Positions 62,163-64,000 of a DNA stretch of 64,000 bases are shown here, in pieces. This stretch comes from Octopus sinensis (lineage: Eukaryota). The translations under genes were made by a program, and so were the position numbers. The notes under the pieces are model-generated. The model worked only from the letters and a program-made list of their open reading frames with translations. It did not search any database and was not told the origin of the DNA. Positions within the stretch are counted from its first letter, which is position 1; each line of letters begins with the position of its first letter. The stretch is taken from contig NC_042999.1 of assembly GCF_006345805.1 (NCBI RefSeq), positions 33,976,001 to 34,040,000 of the forward strand, written 5' to 3'.

Positions 62163-64000
62163 CATGTAATACTATCGTATTCCAGCAAGGTTCCATCCAT
62201 AAAAAATGTTCAAAGAATAGTTAGTTATATCGACATCACTTATATGTTATTGATCAGTAGTCAGTTCAAGCCGTATTCCAATTTAAAATGATGCAGAAAA
62301 TTTCGATTACTGCCAAGTATTTTCACTCACCTAAAAAACCACCACTATCATTATATTATTTTTTGATAGGAATGATATACTTGTGAGTATATGTCTGTTT
62401 ACTCGTTGCGTAATATATATATCATACATTCTATTTGTTCAAAAAGATCAATATTACAGTTTGGGAGGCCATTTTATTTTATGCTTCTTTTTGGCATCTT
62501 TTACTGAAATAAAACCATTCATGCTGTTTAATAGTCCTTGATTATCTATCTACTTCCAATTTCAAGTAAGTAATTGACTTTAGCTCTCACAATGTTTATT
62601 TATCCGACATTTGAAAGATCACTTTACAATTAATTTCATTTGGTATTCTCTTAATAAGATTTCTTAATGCATCGTATATCTTATTAATGAAATATTTCTT
62701 AATAGTTTCAAGGTGATCGTTAACCTATCTTTCTAATACAGATACTTCTAAAAGTATTCAGTTACACTTTTTTTACTGCAAAATTGTCACGTTAGTTGTA
62801 TAAATCAGCCGAAAATTAAACTACGTAGCATTATAAAAGCTTGAACAGAGATAAACTGTATTGTCTGTTAGATATTCCATGGGAAAACAGAAAAGAAAAG
62901 ACGTTGTATAAACCAATGTTTTAATCGGCTGTAATTATGTAATTTCTCCGAAACATGGTATCCCTAAATTGGCAATTAATATATAAGTACATAATGTCCT
63001 CAATATATGTTATCAAATAACCTGAAGTGGATGAGTTTAATATTAAAAAAAACAACATTTGTTGCATAGGGATAATGCGCAAAGCTACTGAGACATAATT
63101 ACTTTGGGAGAGTAGTAGAATAACCATAAAAGCAATTTAGTTAAAATCTTAAAATGAAACTATCATACATCTGATATTATAAGAAAGTTATTCATTAAAA
63201 AAAAATCATCATATACATGGCTTCATATACTTGCATATACATGGCTTCATATACTATACATCTATAGAGAAACTGATAAAATATAATGGATTTACAAACC
63301 ATATCGTTACTGATCACAAATTGGAAGATGTTGTTTAATTTTAATCAGCCAGGGAAATGCTGCAATTTTCATAGGTATTCCAGATTCCCCAACTTGATTG
63401 TAAAGTAAAATTGTGTTTGACTCCAGCTTCATATTTTGTTAGGTTTCATTTCGATGCGACACAGAATGACCACGCAGGAGAATAGTCACAGATAATTAGA
63501 AACAAAAACTGTTGATTACGTTGAAATACAGCTTCAAAATATACAGCACAAATACTATTGATATGGGTCACAAAGAATATAGTTTGCATTGGCTGTCTAA
63601 TGTTTCAAGCATCTGGAGAGTGAGCTAGTTCTATACGATGACTTCATTTGAATATGATAGACAACACCTAATTCGTGTACACACATAAAGATACTAATTT
63701 AATGCAGAAGTTTTCTTTCCTTTAAATATGAAACTTTCAAGTTAATGTAGTATTAGATGCGACGCCAAAATTAGGACAATTTGGAATGCAGTTTTATAAA
63801 TTTAAGGTATTTAAAAGGGAGTGCACCAGTCCGAAGATGACCTAAGGGAATTTAATATTCGTAATAGTATATTTAAATGCATTTTCATGTCCATACTGCG
63901 CACTTGTTGATCATAGTTTGCATTTAAACACAACACTACACATGTGAGGGGAATGTCAAGTTACCAGAAAGAAATTAGGACGAGCTTTAGAATAATTTCG

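Noticed and set aside
60300-64000. Host gene exons in the AT-rich terminal region
   Set aside because: No ORF with a recognisable domain or paired splice sites was found; apart from the noted short repeats it reads as ordinary non-coding DNA.

Overview
AT-rich eukaryotic genomic DNA dense in microsatellites and transposable-element relics. The SINE families, (AAT)n-associated R4/Dong-type LINEs and Penelope elements look like those of Octopus (coleoid cephalopod); this assignment is recognition from memory, not a database result. No host protein-coding gene could be supported, so the window is intergenic or deep intronic. Most long ORFs in the track are microsatellite translations. Supported content: one full-length decayed Tc1 (DD34E) with TIRs; two 397-bp non-autonomous Helitrons in inverted orientation; about 14 tRNA-derived SINE copies or relics from five families; an RTE 3' fragment; four L1/Tx1-like fragments; three Penelope-like RT or RT/GIY-YIG relics; and nine to ten R4/Dong-type (restriction-like endonuclease) LINE fragments. 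The strongest leads are: (1) two near-identical minimal type I hammerhead-ribozyme motifs in direct repeats 2,640 bp apart; (2) a ~530-bp non-coding, non-tRNA element in three copies that sits in (AAT)n tracts like the R4/Dong LINEs and may be their non-autonomous passenger, including a fold-back pair and a junction with a Dong ORF; (3) a 102-bp hairpin carrying four CACGTG E-boxes. All coordinates and translations were read by eye, and ends of decayed elements are approximate.
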